This document shows positions 24,530-37,271 of a DNA stretch of 64,000 bases, in pieces; within the stretch, counting starts at the first letter, position 1; each line of letters opens with the position of its first letter. Below the pieces are notes generated by a model. The model was given only the letters and a program-made list of their open reading frames with translations. It was not told the origin of the DNA and did not search any database. Source of the DNA: Malacoraja senta (lineage: Eukaryota); contig CM075992.1 of assembly GCA_038087875.1 (NCBI GenBank), positions 5,272,001 through 5,336,000 of the forward strand, given 5' to 3'. The position numbers and the translations under genes were made by a program.

Positions 24530-25403
24530 TTTAGATTTTAGAAATACAGCGCGGAAACATGCCCTTTGGCCCACAGAATCCGTGCCGACCCTATACACTA
24601 ACCTACCCACACACACAATTTTACAACTTACCGAAGCCAATTAACGTACAAACTTGTATGTCTTTGGAGTATGGTACGGAGCACCCAGAGTAAACCTACG
24701 TGGTCACAGGGAGAACGTACAGACAGCACCCATAGTCAGGATTGAACCTAGGTCTCTGGCGCTGTACAAAGGGGCTATCCCACTGCGGCGACCTAATCCA
24801 CGAGTTCTGGCGAGTTTGCCCTCGACTCATACTCGCAGCATGGTCGACACGAGGTCCTAGGAGGTCTTTGTAACTCTCCTTCATGCTCGAGAGTAGTCTC
24901 GAGGCCTCAGTTAGGTCGCAGCGTATTTTTCAACATGCTGAAAAATGCCCGCGAGTAAAAGAAGGTCGCCGCAGTGGGATAGCCCCTTTATACAGCGCCA
25001 GAGACCTAGGTTCAATCCTGACTATGGGTGCTGTCTGTACATTCTCCCTGTGACCACGTAGGTTTACTCTGGGTGAATAAAAAACCCTTTTTTTACTCGT
25101 AGGTTTAGTCGATGTAGGTCGTAGTAGGTCGGCATGTTATTCGTAGGAATCGAGGGTAGTCGAAGGTAATCGAAGATAGTCATAGTCTTCATCATAGTCG
25201 AATGGAGGTCAAAGGAGATCGTCTTCACTCTCCACTATTCGGTGTCCAATTTTCCCGAAGCTAGTCGAGGCTAGTCTTCAACATTGTCGAAGGAGGTCTT
25301 CAACATGACATTTTTTCAAACTCTTCTAAACTCGCCAATTAGGTCGCCCAAGTGGGACAGCCCCTTAAGGTAGCAACTCTACCGTTGCGCCACCATGTCG
25401 CCC
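24530..25403 (-). mobile_element. HE1-type SINE split by a Harbinger MITE
   Basis: SINE body 24530-24769 and SINE head 25369-25403 flank the MITE. Confidence 0.85.
24770..25365. mobile_element. PIF/Harbinger-type MITE carrying an internal 113-bp inverted duplication
   Basis: Termini AGGGGCTATCCCAC / GTGGGACAGCCCCT, right TSD TAA 25366-25368, left CAA (TAA in the duplicated copy). Confidence 0.85.
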
Positions 25404-26539
25404 GAATTTGTGCATGGCTTGAATATACTCATGTGTGGTATGAATTAACTGCAAAGCATGTCAACATATTCCACTGTTTCTCAGTACATGTCACAATACT
25501 AAACAGATCCCAATATTAAATACAAGAAGGAACTCTGTGTCCCTGCATTCTCTTCATGCACTGCAGATACTGCACTGGGTACTGCAGCATATTTCAACGG
25601 TGTTCCTGTACATCTCAATATTCACTGGCTCCTGTTATGCAATAGTACAGCATAGCTCAATATTCACCCCAAAGTTATGGGACTACCTTAATACACATGG
25701 TCTCAGCACAAATATAAAATACTACAGGTCTCAATCCCCTCTTCCATTACGAGTACCTATGCGACCTTATCTTCCACTCCAAGGTCTTCTACCATCCTGT
25801 TTCACAATGCTCCGTGCCATGGTGTAATACAATGAGGCTAAGTGTTTATTTCCTGTTACATTAAAGTTAAGAGATTTATGTAGACATAAGGAACTGCAGA
25901 TGTTGGTTTACAAAACAAAAGGCACGGTGCTGAATCAACACAGCGGGTCCGGCAGCATCTCTGAAGAACATGGATAGGCGATGCTTCAGTGGAGAAACAA
26001 GGAACCGCAGATGCTGGTTTACACAAAAAAGTCATAAAGTGCTGGAGTAACTCAGTGGAGCAGGCAGCATCTCTGGAGAACATGGATAGTTTCCAGTCAG
26101 GGCCATTCTTCAGACTGGTTTCAAAGGTTTATGCACCCTTCTGCTTCAGGAGAAGGCTTGTAAAGCCTTTTAAATGTAGATTGATGAATGGCATTATAAA
26201 TGAGATCACCTCATTTGTTGTTTTTTTTAAAGCTAAGGCGTGCTGATTCCCTCTGGCGCTTGCTTTCATTAATCCTCGCCGGGTTACGCAAAGGGTTTCT
26301 TTCATCAAATGGGCGGGTCATTCTGCCTTGTTGATCAGTCAGCGAGCAGCATTCACTCAGGTAACATGGAGACCAGTTAGTCCAGTTATAGACCACCAAG
26401 CACCCAGCCCCCAGCTCCTCCCACACCACACCCTGGGGCCCAGGACCCCCTGCTCACAACAACAGCATTCTGCCTCTTCAAAGCAGCTTTGCTATAGGAG
26501 TACGGTGCATTAAAGAAATAAGAGAAGTTATTTACAATG

Positions 26540-27075
26540 AAGGTCTGGAGAAGGTTCTCAATCCAAAATGTCACCTATCCATGTTCTCCAGAGAAGCTGC
26601 CTGATCCGCTGAGTTACTCCAGCACTTTGTGTCTTCTTTTTTAAAACTAGCACCTGCAGTTCTTTATGTGCAGGAAGGAACTGCAGATGCTGGTTTAAAC
26701 CGAAGATTGACACAAAATGCTGGAGTAACTTCAGGCTGGGCTTCAGACCCTTCCGAAGGGTCCCAACCCAAAACATCACCCATTCCTTCTCTCCAGAGAT
26801 GCTGCCTGTCCCGCTGAGTTACTCCAACATTTTGTGTGTATCTACAGTTCCTTATCTCTCTCAACACTTGCCAGGCTTTGTCCCACCCCCACCTCTGCTT
26901 TCCAGCTTTCTTCCCACTACTGCATGCGGAGATATTAAGATGGTCTGAAGAAGGGTCTCGACCCGAAACGTCACCCATTCCTTCTCTCCAGAGACGCTGC
27001 CTGTCCCGCTGAGTTGCTCCGCCATTTGGTGTCTATCTTCGGTTTAAAAAAGCATCTGCAGTTCCTTCCTACACA
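26540..27075. mobile_element. Cluster of PLE ends in both orientations
   Basis: Three plus-strand and one minus-strand PLE termini, with an intact hammerhead core at 26945-26972. Confidence 0.75.
26945..26972 (+). ncRNA. Minimal hammerhead ribozyme motif
   Basis: ggt-CUGAAGA-A-GGGU-CUCG-ACCC-GAAAC-GUC-acc, with a 3-bp stem I possible. Confidence 0.65.
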
Positions 27076-27487
27076 CACTGAATATTGCAGAGAGTTCTCA
27101 ACCTTCGGCCTATGAGCAATATGGGATCACAAAGATGAAAACAAAATCGGGTCACGATAAGGATTAATTTATTTTTTAGATTACTTCAGTGTAACACTCA
27201 GAGAGATGCAAAAATGTAGCACTGTAGTGTGGTGGTGAAGCTACTCGACAAGCAATCTTTGATTAAGAGACACATTTAAAATGGGGAATTTAAGTCATTA
27301 TATAACCTGGAATTGAAACACTTAAGTTACCCTGACTAACGGAAGCCGTGAGGTTGCTGCAAATAAACTGCTGTTTCACTGCTAATTTTCAGGGAAGGAA
27401 CTGTCTAGTTCTGACTTGGTGTGGACCAGATGTGACTTCAGATAATGGGGTTGACTTTAAAATGCCTCCTTATTCAGGGATTGGTTA

Positions 27488-27980
27488 AGTTGCTGTCCCA
27501 CTGTACGAGGTAATTCAAGAGCTCTCCCGAGTTAAAAAAAAATAATCAAACTCGTGGTAAGCACGTAGAATGTACGGAGCGGGTACGTCAGAGCTCGGAC
27601 GTCTCTTAGCGGCTCGTAACGCTAACGGCAGGTTCTCGGGGAAACGCGATAAGCTCGTGAAGATTTTTCAACATGTTGAAAAATGTCCACGAGAGCCCCC
27701 GAGTACCTACGAGCGGCTATCACCGTAATTCTCAGAGTTCGAATCAGGGGAAACTCGGGAGAACTCTTGAATTAGACTTAGACTTAGACTTAAGATTCCT
27801 TTATTGTCATTCAGACCTTTCGGTCTGAACGAAATTTCGTTGCCTGCAGTCATACATATAATAAATAACAAAACACACAAATTAACATCCACCACAGTGA
27901 GTTCACCAGGCACCTCCTCACTGTGATGGAGGCAAAAGTCTTAAAGTCTCTGTCTCTGCTCGTACAGAGGGACAGCCCCA
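27488..27980. mobile_element. Harbinger-type MITE (family of 31278-31609, opposite orientation) with a retroelement in its right TIR
   Basis: gctgtcccactgtacgag...aagagctctcccgag at left. The right TIR is split by 27775-27957 and ends gggacagcccca|taa. Confidence 0.75.
27775..27957 (-). mobile_element. Retroelement 3' fragment with gacaataaa plus (CTAAGT)n tail
   Basis: Terminal hairpin tcagacc-tttc-ggtctga. A related end occurs at ~48630-48690. Confidence 0.65.
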
Positions 27981-28625
27981 TAACAAATGCCGATACCTCT
28001 CCACTGGTGAGCAATGCACATCCCGTGAATTAATGTGTTAAAGGGTAACTGATTTTCTTTCAGAATAACAGTGTTGATCAATGAAGTTTTTAGATGATTT
28101 ATATTTATGCGATAAAGTCAATAATCAGATATTGTAATGCATTCTGCGCACCATTTTAAGATGACAAGAAATCTTAGTTAAAAAGCTTGAGGATTACTTG
28201 AGATAGGGTGGAAGAAGGTTTATGTGCAGCATGAACCATGGCAAGGTACAAATAGCTTGTTCCTATGCTGAAAATTCAATGCAAGTCTGTTCCACTATCC
28301 AGTGCAGGCCTTTGCATAGACCGACTCAACAGGTTGCTTCACGTACACAGAGATCACAGACTTGTTGTGTTCCCAAGCTTTACTCATGAGCTTAATACCA
28401 ACCACCTGCCCGAAAAAATTCCAGCACAGATGGAATTTCACCTGCTCCACATACCTGTCAAGTTATCTGAATGCAAGATTCAAAACACACTCAGGTTCAA
28501 GGCTTCTAATCAGAGGGAAAAATCTCAAGCCCACTACATCTCTCCATAACACACATCTGCAGTGCCAAACTTTCTGTGTTTGATCTTACCAACAGGTATT
28601 GTACTGCAACTTGCATTTCTCCTTA

Positions 28626-29198
28626 TTAGACTTTTAGAGATAGTGTGGAAACAGGACCGTCCGGCCATAGAGTCCGCACCGACCAGTAATCACCCCGTAC
28701 AATAGTTCTATCCTACACATTACGGACGATTTACAATTTTACAGAAACTATTTACCATTAGGTACAATTTACCGTTAGGCACTAGGGACAATTTACCATT
28801 TTACCAAAGCCAATTATCCTACGACTTGTACGTCTTTGGAGTGTGGGAGGAAACCCGAGCACCCGGAGAAAACCTACGCAGGTCATGGGAAGAACATACA
28901 AACTCTGTAGAGACAGCACCCGTAGTCAGGATCGAAACCAGATCCTGACCACGGGTGCTGTCGATATGCAGTTTGTACATTTTCCCTGTGACCTGCGTGG
29001 GTTTTCTACGGGTGTCCCAGTTTCCTCCCACACTCCAAAGGCGTACAGGTTATGGTAAATTGTAAAGCCAGCTGGTACAAATGTGTAAATTGTCCCTAGT
29101 GTGTGTAGGATAGTGTTAGTGTGCGGGGATCGCTAGTCGGCACGGTCTCGGCGACCCGAAGGGTCTGTTTTCGCGCTGTATCTCTAAACTAAATTAAA
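28626..29198. repeat. Head-to-head pair of headless HE1 SINEs forming a ~570-bp inverted repeat
   Basis: Junction cagcacccgtagtcaggatc-gaaacca-gatcctgaccacgggtgctg. Confidence 0.85.
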
Positions 29199-31249
29199 AT
29201 TTTCAATGCACTGAATATTGGCACTTATTCCCAAAGTACTGACTGCCTCCAGATTACCTCCATTTCACACATTCCCAGAACGCAGCTGTCTTGGATTTGG
29301 ACTGTCATGTGGCATTGAATATAGAGGATTGCCTGTGGCATGTCAAAGAATTTGCACACACAATGAAGCTGACCCCCCCTCTCCCTACCCCTTCCTAATA
29401 TCCTTAACCAACAACCTTTTAACGTTGTGAATCACAAAATTCCACAAATCAGATCTCATAGCTAGGCCCAGTTGGCCCCATTCTTGGTCACGTGTGTGAC
29501 CCCCAAAGATGAAAAATCGTGCAACACGTCTCTTCTAATTGTGAAAGCATTACAGGCATATTGTTTAGTACTGCACATATATGACCCATATTTTTTTTTT
29601 CCGGTTGATAAAGTGAAATTTTTATACGTTATGCTGACAATGTTCGTTTCGGGTAAGAGGTCAAACAAGATTGGCCACGTGTGTGACACCACACAGAAGC
29701 GTTTTGCAAAGTCTGCGGATTTAAAAAAAAAGCTTGAATGTTCATATCTTTAGCAGACGTGCATTATAGTTCTGGCAGGCAGGAAAATAGCAATGAATAA
29801 GATTCATCTCTTACAAGAATTTTTTAATGTATGGCACCATTACACCACAAAATAACAACCAGTTCATTTGAGCAGCTTACAACAAGCTTGTTGATCATTA
29901 AATTCTCCAATCTTTGGTAACTCCCCCCCCCCCCCAACCTCCACATTTTACTCTCTCCCTTCCTCTAGCCCCACCTGGATGCAAACCTTTTCCCCACTAC
30001 CCAGCCCCCTTTTCCTCTTTATTCCTTCTAGCTTCACGATTCACGCATTCTCTCCTTATATTACAGCCTTTTTTTATTCTTCTCATCTCTGGTTTTTGTC
30101 TATCCATCTGCCAATAACATCCCCTCCCCCGCCCCACCTTCATTTATATCCACCTATCACTCGCCAGCCCTTGTTCTGCCCCCACTCGTATCTCAGCTTT
30201 CTCCCCCCCACCACCATAAATAGTCTTCAAGAAGGCATCTGAACCAAATCGTCGCCTATCCATGTCTTCCAGAGATGCTGCCTAAGAGATAGCGTGGAAA
30301 CAGGGGCTTCAGCCCAACAAGTCCACGCCGACCAGCGATCACCCCATACACTAGCACTATCCTAGTCACTCGGGACAATTTTCATTTTTTTTAACCAAAG
30401 CTAATTACCTACAAACCTGTACTATCATTCAATGTAGGCATTTGGTTCCTCGTGTCGGACTAGTTATTCCATCATCGATACTGATCAAAGACTTCTTTAA
30501 AATCTCCAATTGCCCAAGACAAGACAAAAGCATCAACTAATTCCTATCTCTGCCCAGACAAGAACAAGCTGTTTGTTAAAATATGTGCTTTGCTCCTGAA
30601 ATCAGTGACAGCTCGGTGACCTAAACTTTGTTGACTTAGCAGCATTCCATTGCCTCATGTTAAGTCACTAGACTGGAGATAAAGACGCTGATGACAGTCA
30701 GGAATAATCTCCATATGCATCTTACTGTGGTAAACAGCCAAAAGGCTTGCATTGCAAATGTGCTTTCCAGAACGTTTCAAAATCCTCACATCAACTTGCA
30801 TTCGTGTGCTTTTGTTTTGATGTGTCCTAATGTCGTTCAGCATGTATACTGACAGGTCCTTCAACTCAAGTCTCCACCCATTTATACCAATCATGCATAA
30901 ATCCCATTATACTCCGCCCACATTCCCTTCAACTACTCCCACCCCTCCACTCAATCATATTCTACCAGTCAGCTGAACACTGAGAGCCATTTCCAGCGGC
31001 CGATTAACCTACCAACCCGAACGTCTTTGGGAGGTGAGAGGACACCGGAGCACCAGTGTAAATGGCAGAACATGCAAACTCCACACGGAACCAGGACTGC
31101 AGGTGCTGTGTGGCAGCAGCTCTATTAGATGCACCACTCTAGCATATTGAAACAGCAAGCATAATCATTGCACCCATCCAAAGTCCATCCAGCAAAGTGA
31201 AAAACATGCTTATTCTTGGAACTCCTAACCTCTGCTGTTCATCTCTGGG

Positions 31250-31775
31250 GTGGCACGGCGGTAGAGCTGCTGCCTTAAAGCCCTGTCCAACGGTACGAGT
31301 TCATTCCAAGAGCTCTCCCGAGTTTGCCCTGATTCGAACTCGGAGATTAACGGTAATGGCCACTCGTCGGTACTCGGGGCTCTCGTGGACATTTTTCAAC
31401 ATGTTTAAAAATCTTTTAAGAGTCTTCCCGTGCTTACCTGCCGTTAGCGAGTCTTCCCGAGTACCTGCCGTTAGTGGTACGAGCCGCCAAGAGACGTCCC
31501 CGAGCTCCGACGTACCCGCTACGTTCATTCTCCGTGCTTACCACGAGTTTGATTTTTTTTTAGACTCGGGAGAGCTCTTGGAATGAACTCGTACAGTGGG
31601 ACAGGGCTTTTACAGTGCTAGCGACCCGGGTTCTAACCTGACTATGGGTGCTGTCTGGACGGAGTTTGTATGTTCTCCCTGTGTCCTGTGTGGGTTTTCT
31701 CCAGGCGCTCCGGTTTCCTCCCACACTCCAAAGACGCACTGGTTTGTAAGTTAATAGGCATCGTTAAAAATTGCA
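31250..31775 (+). mobile_element. HE1-type SINE split by a Harbinger MITE
   Basis: ggtagagctgctgccTTA [MITE] TTAcagtgctagcgacccggg. Confidence 0.85.
31278..31609. mobile_element. PIF/Harbinger-type MITE, 332 bp
   Basis: About 45-bp TIRs AAGCCCTGTCCAACGGTACGAGTTCATTCCAAGAGCTCTCCCGAG, TTA TSD 31275-31277 and 31610-31612. Confidence 0.9.
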
Positions 31776-31943
31776 AAACCAGCCGCCCCCGGTTTTCCGC
31801 GAGTAAAATTCTATTTGCCATGCTGCGGAACATCGTGGGGAAGTACTTGCGGGCAGTCGGGACACAATACAACACACACCGATGAAATGCATATACAGGC
31901 ATCCAAACACGTCTAATGGTCTCCAATCAAAAGGGCAACTTAC

Positions 31944-32025
31944 AGACACGACGCATCCCCGTGTAGGCTCCTGATACACTGCCCGCTGTTTTCACATGGA
32001 CGGTGATTATCCTGGCACTGCAGAG
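31944..32025 (-). CDS. notch3: Notch receptor exon 2, N-terminal part of EGF-like repeat 1: (A)LQCQDNHRPCENSGQCIRSLHGDASC(L)
   Basis: Polypyrimidine acceptor cttcccttgctctttcctccacag| and perfect donor |GTAAGT. 82 nt, phase 1 in and phase 2 out, with four EGF-spaced Cys. Aligns by eye with human NOTCH2 [28 protein letters not shown] and NOTCH3 exon 2. No O-fucose S/T before Cys3, as in Notch EGF1. Paralogue uncertain. Confidence 0.85.
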
Positions 32026-33429
32026 CTGTGGAGGAAAGAGCAAGGGAAGTCACTGTGTGAGTGTGAGCTTCAATATAACCAGCAAAACAACAAATCAACC
32101 GGCAAATAAACAGTGGCAACCCGAGTTTCCGCAACGTTCGAAGTATTATTCCTGCAGGAACACAGGAGGCTTCGGCAAAGTATACATAGAAACATAGAAA
32201 ATAGGTGCTGGGGTAGGCCATTTTGCCCTTCGATCCATTCAATATGATCATGGCCAATCATCCAAAATCAATACCCCTTTCCAGCTTTCTTCCCATATCC
32301 CTTGATTCCATTAGCCCTCAGAGCTATATCTAACTCCCTCTTGACACAGCAAGATCCCACAAACATATGATTGTGACCAGATAATCTTACTTGTTTTATT
32401 TGCAGTTATTTGCAGTAAAAAGATGCAATTTGAGTTTATGGTTAAACCATTGGCTTGGAAACTGCACATAACTCACTTGCTCTTCATCCAACAGTGCTGT
32501 GGGAATCAGCAAGACAGAAGTGGAATGGAGTGAGATGGAGGGGGCGGGGGGAGGGGGGAGAAGGGGAAAAGAGGAAAAGAAAGGGAGAGTGTGAGGGAAG
32601 AGAAAAAGAGAAACAAGACAGAAAAAAGTACACAATTGATTGAACTGACAATCCTAACCATGATAATGTTAAATTAACATTTCACTTTAAATATACAAGC
32701 TTTCCAGTTGTGATCTGTGACAGAAAGAGCTTCATCAGTAAATCTGTAGAAGGGTTTCGGCCCGAAATGTCGCCTATTTCCTTCGCTCCATAGATGGTGC
32801 CTCACCCGCTGAGTTTCTCCAGCATTTTTATCTACCTCAGTAAATCTGATTACTTTCACTTAAAAACCATGGGGAATGCATCTTGCTCTTGAGAAAACGT
32901 TGTAATCCACACATGGAATCATTGAATTTTACAATGCAGAAAGACGTCAATCACCGTGATGTGCTTGCACTGGCTCAGAACAGTGGGGTCAAATTCGGTC
33001 CCACGCTCCGGCATCTCCCTCATAACCCTGCAATTTATATGTACCCAAATGCTCTCTAAACATTCTTACAGAGTCTGCTTCCACTTTTTGGGTAGTGTGT
33101 TCCAGATGTCTGTGTGTGAAAAACAATTCCCTTCATTTCCTGTCTATTATTAAAGCTACTGGAAGATGTTGTGAAACACGCACCCAGCTAGAAATGATGC
33201 AGGATAGAGGTCGCGCGCAAATCGCGCGTCATCATGCGTCAGCACAGCCGTCTGGTACGCGTGACGTCATTAAAATACCCTGCTTCCCTATTCTGCTTCA
33301 TGACCATCATGGAAGAACTACAGATTGTATTGTGTCCAGAACTGATTCATAATGTATCAAAAACACTAGAGGTCTTAATAATAACTTCTGGACACACCAT
33401 TATAGCCATCAAATCACGCTAATATACAT

Positions 33430-33582
<153 letters not shown>

Positions 33583-34944
33583 ATCTATCTATCAATCTAT
33601 CTATATCTATAATATAAAATTACTAGCATGATTTGATGGATATTATATATATACGTATATAATATCAAAGATAGCATGGTTTTACAAAGGAATTTTTTTT
33701 TTACTGACGATTTATTTCTATTGAAGAAATGGAGATGGCTGAGAAGGGAAATGCAGTTGATATTGTGTGCATGGAGTTTCAATAGGTGTTTGGCAAAGAA
33801 CCATGCACAGGATTAGCAGAAAAGGCAGCCACAGTATTGAAGAGAAAGCAGGGACTTTGGTGGTGATGCCATTCTGATGTCTTGAGGCTATTGTATAGTC
33901 TTTCCACTTTCTGGTTAGCACGCAGCAAAAAGCCCTTCACTGTACCTCGGTACACGTGACAATAAACTAAACTAAACTGCACCTCAAGAAACATGAATAG
34001 GTCTTACAGCAGGTTCAAAATGAGTAACATGGTTTCTGGAAAGAGAGCTTTCAGCCACAAGGTTGACAAGAAGTAGATCAGAGTTGTTCTCCTTGGAACA
34101 AACCAGGCTGAGTTGAAACTCAAGAGAATGCAGATGCTGGAACCTTGAATAAAGCACAAAGTGCTGGAGTAACAGCGGTTTCGGCAGCATCTGTGAAGAG
34201 AACAGATAGGTGATGTTTTTGAAGAAGGGTCCCAATCCGAAACATGCCTTTCCATTCCCTCCACAGATGAAGGCTGAGAGGAGATGCGGCAGAGTTGTGC
34301 AAGATCAAACTGAGTGCCGATCGGGAAAACAGTGTGAGTCTGCTCCATCAGTGAACCGTTCATAGACCTTAGCGTATAGATTTAAAGTTTGGGGCAAAAG
34401 ATGTGGTGGCAGATGGATGAGTGGGACGGAGGAAAACCTTTCTTCTGGACAGTGCAGGTATGTTCGTGTCTGAAGATCGCTGGAAACCAAGACAATTAGA
34501 ACTCATAAGATTAGTCATGATTTGGAGGAAGAGCAGAACTTGAGGGTGATTGGATTGCACTGCTAAGTGTCAGAAAACTGATGACCAGTTTCCTATTCTT
34601 TTAGATTCTCCCAGAATAACCCAGGATGCCTCCCACACAAACCAGCCAATTTGGCGACTTTGTGCATGTTGCCAACCTTATACACCCATCCTCTTTACTT
34701 TGTGCATATTCAATGTTACTAAAGCCTCCTCATTCTCAGTGACGTTGCCAGCATCTAATTTCCTATCTAATGCCTGAAACTTCTCCTCCAGAATAAGTAA
34801 TTTTGATCCCATCCTTAAAATGGCTGTCCTTTCACTTGTAACTCCCCTTCTTGTTAGCAACTAATTCTTTGCCTACTCTCTCTAATTGACATTTCTTGTA
34901 CCCTGCATTTAGCTTGCTTGTCTTGTATACAGGTCGTATAGATT

Positions 34945-35240
34945 TCATATAGAGGACATAGGTTTAAGGGGAAGGGGAAAAGATTTAATAGGAATCCGAG
35001 GGGTAACTTTTTCACATAAAGGGCGGAGGGTGTATGGATCGAGCCGCCAGATGTGGTGGTTGAGGCAGGGACTATCGCAATGTTTAAGAAACAATTAGAC
35101 AGGTACATGGATAGGACAGGTTTAGAGGGATATGGACCAAATGCAGGCAGGTGCGACTAGTGTAGCTGGGACATGTTGGCCGGTGTGGGCAAGATGAGCC
35201 AAAGGGTCTGTTTCCATGCTGTATGACTCTATAACTCTAA
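34945..35240 (+). mobile_element. CR1 LINE 3' fragment with the SINE-shared tail type
   Basis: RGHRFKGKGKRFNRNPRGNFFT motif and tail gccaaagggtctgtttccatgctgtatgactcta. Confidence 0.8.
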
Positions 35241-35865
35241 GGCAGTTTGTAATGTCCACATCACTTTACAATCACTCACACTTACATCTGAAACAAGCTG
35301 GCAATGGTGGCGGAGCTAACCCAGAAGGGTTAGAGGGAAGGGTTAGAAAATACCCTACTGGCAAGTCGGAATGAAAGCAGTGCTTACCCGGTAGACCGCA
35401 CGCTGCAGAAAGTGCTCTATATGCAGCCGGGCACCACTGAGACAGTTAATTCAGCAAGTTATTTTAGGCAGGGGATGAGGATTCAGACTTGCATACAATC
35501 TGACATATAAGCGTTCATGGAACTCAACCCTTACATAAGTCAAGGAATGCCTGTATAGCCTTTCATACCTTCATCATACGAAAATATATCAGCCTCACTG
35601 AAATGTCAATATATGCTGCTAAGCTGTTCCATATATATCAAATCTCACTGATGGACATAACACATATGACACAAAAAGCTGGAGTAACTCAGTGGGATAG
35701 GCAGCATCTCTGGAGAGAAGGAATGGGTGATGTTTCGAGTTGAGACCCTTCTTTTGAAACGTCACCCATTCCTTCTATCCAGAGATGCTATTTGTTCCGC
35801 TGAGTTATTCCAGCTTTTTGTGTCTATCTTCAGTTTAAACCAGCATCTGCAGTTCCTTCCTACAC

Positions 35866-36120
35866 AAAACTTTTTCACCCAGAGAGTTGTGAATTTGTGT
35901 AATTCCCTGACACAGAGGGCAGTGGAGGCCAAATCACTGGATGGATTTAAGAGAGAGTTAGATAGAGCTCTAGGGGCTAGTGGAATCAAGGGATATGGGG
36001 AGAAGGCAGGCACGGGTTATTGATTGGGGACGATCAGCCATGATCGCAATGAATGGCGGTGCTGGCTCAAAGGACCGAATGGCCTCCTCCTGCACCTATT
36101 TTCTATGTTTCTATGTTTTT
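35866..36120 (+). mobile_element. CR1 LINE 3' fragment
   Basis: NFFTQRVVNL...FKRELDRAL, (TTTCTATG)n tail. Confidence 0.85.
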
Positions 36121-37032
36121 ATATAGCAGCAACTCACACAATACATCAGCCATTAACTCACTGCTGTACAACATATCTCCCAGTAAGGTGGATACAAAAT
36201 GCTGGAGTAACCCAGCGGGTCAGGCAGCATCTCTGGAGAGAAGGAATGCAGTTCTTTCCTGCACATATCTCCCAGTAATATCACTGATACTCGTCAATAT
36301 ATGTACCAGTAATCACACTGATGGACACATTTTAGCACACCTACCAGTAATCTCAATGATACTCATGTCAACATATCTGCCAGTAATATCACCAATGGAT
36401 ACTAATAAATCAAGAGAATCAGGAATGTTTTATCGTGATATCTCCTGAAGTACAACAATGTGATTCTAACTCGGACCAGCACAACAGGTTTGTAAACACA
36501 ATACTCAATAGATAACACAACAAAGACGTTCAATACATAAAAAGCCCAATGTTGTATAGTGCAAAAACAAAGCCCAAAGTCCCTTGTGCAAAGAAGGCGG
36601 GTTGTGGTTTAGTTGGAGTTCAGTGTTCAATAGCCTGATGGTTATTTGGAAAGAAGCTGTTCCTACCCTACTTAACTTTGCACCTTGGTGATTGCCAGTC
36701 ATGCCCCCCCCCCCCCACTTCTTCCCCCCAGTGACTGATCTCCCCCCCCCCCCCCCTGAAAATTGCACAACTGCTACTGTATATACATATATATATTTAC
36801 TGTTCCATTATTCTGTGTTCACTCTTCTGGGTGAGATGCTAACTGCGTTTCGTTGTCTCTGTACGTGTACACTGCACAATGACAATAAAGTTGAATCTGA
36901 ACCTGGACAATACAGTTTGCAGACTCCGATACATTCTCTCTCTCCGATGGCAAGAGTGAAATAAAATATATACCAGTAATCTCACTGACACACAACCTAT
37001 TAACCATCAATTTACTGATATACACACTCTAA

Positions 37033-37271
37033 AGGGCCTGACCCACTTTAGGGTGATTTTTTTGGCGACTGCTGGCGTCATTGACTGACGTGTCAGGGTC
37101 GACGATAGATTTTGAACATTTCAAAATCCAGCGGCGACAAACGCAAATGTTGCGACACTCGAGGAAACACCGCGCGTCAATACGTCATCACGCCGCGGCT
37201 TTTTCCGTGACCTGATACGTCAGTCAATGATGCTGGCAGTCGCCGAAAAAACACCAAGTGGGACAGGCCCT
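37033..37271. mobile_element. PIF/Harbinger-type MITE, 239 bp
   Basis: AGGGCCTGACCCACTT / AAGTGGGACAGGCCCT, about 65-bp imperfect arms, TAA TSD 37030-37032 and 37272-37274. Confidence 0.9.

Noticed and set aside
31940..32257. 105-aa minus ORF as a single-exon gene
   Set aside because: Only 32025-31944 is bounded by splice sites. The rest is intron and CR1 tail.
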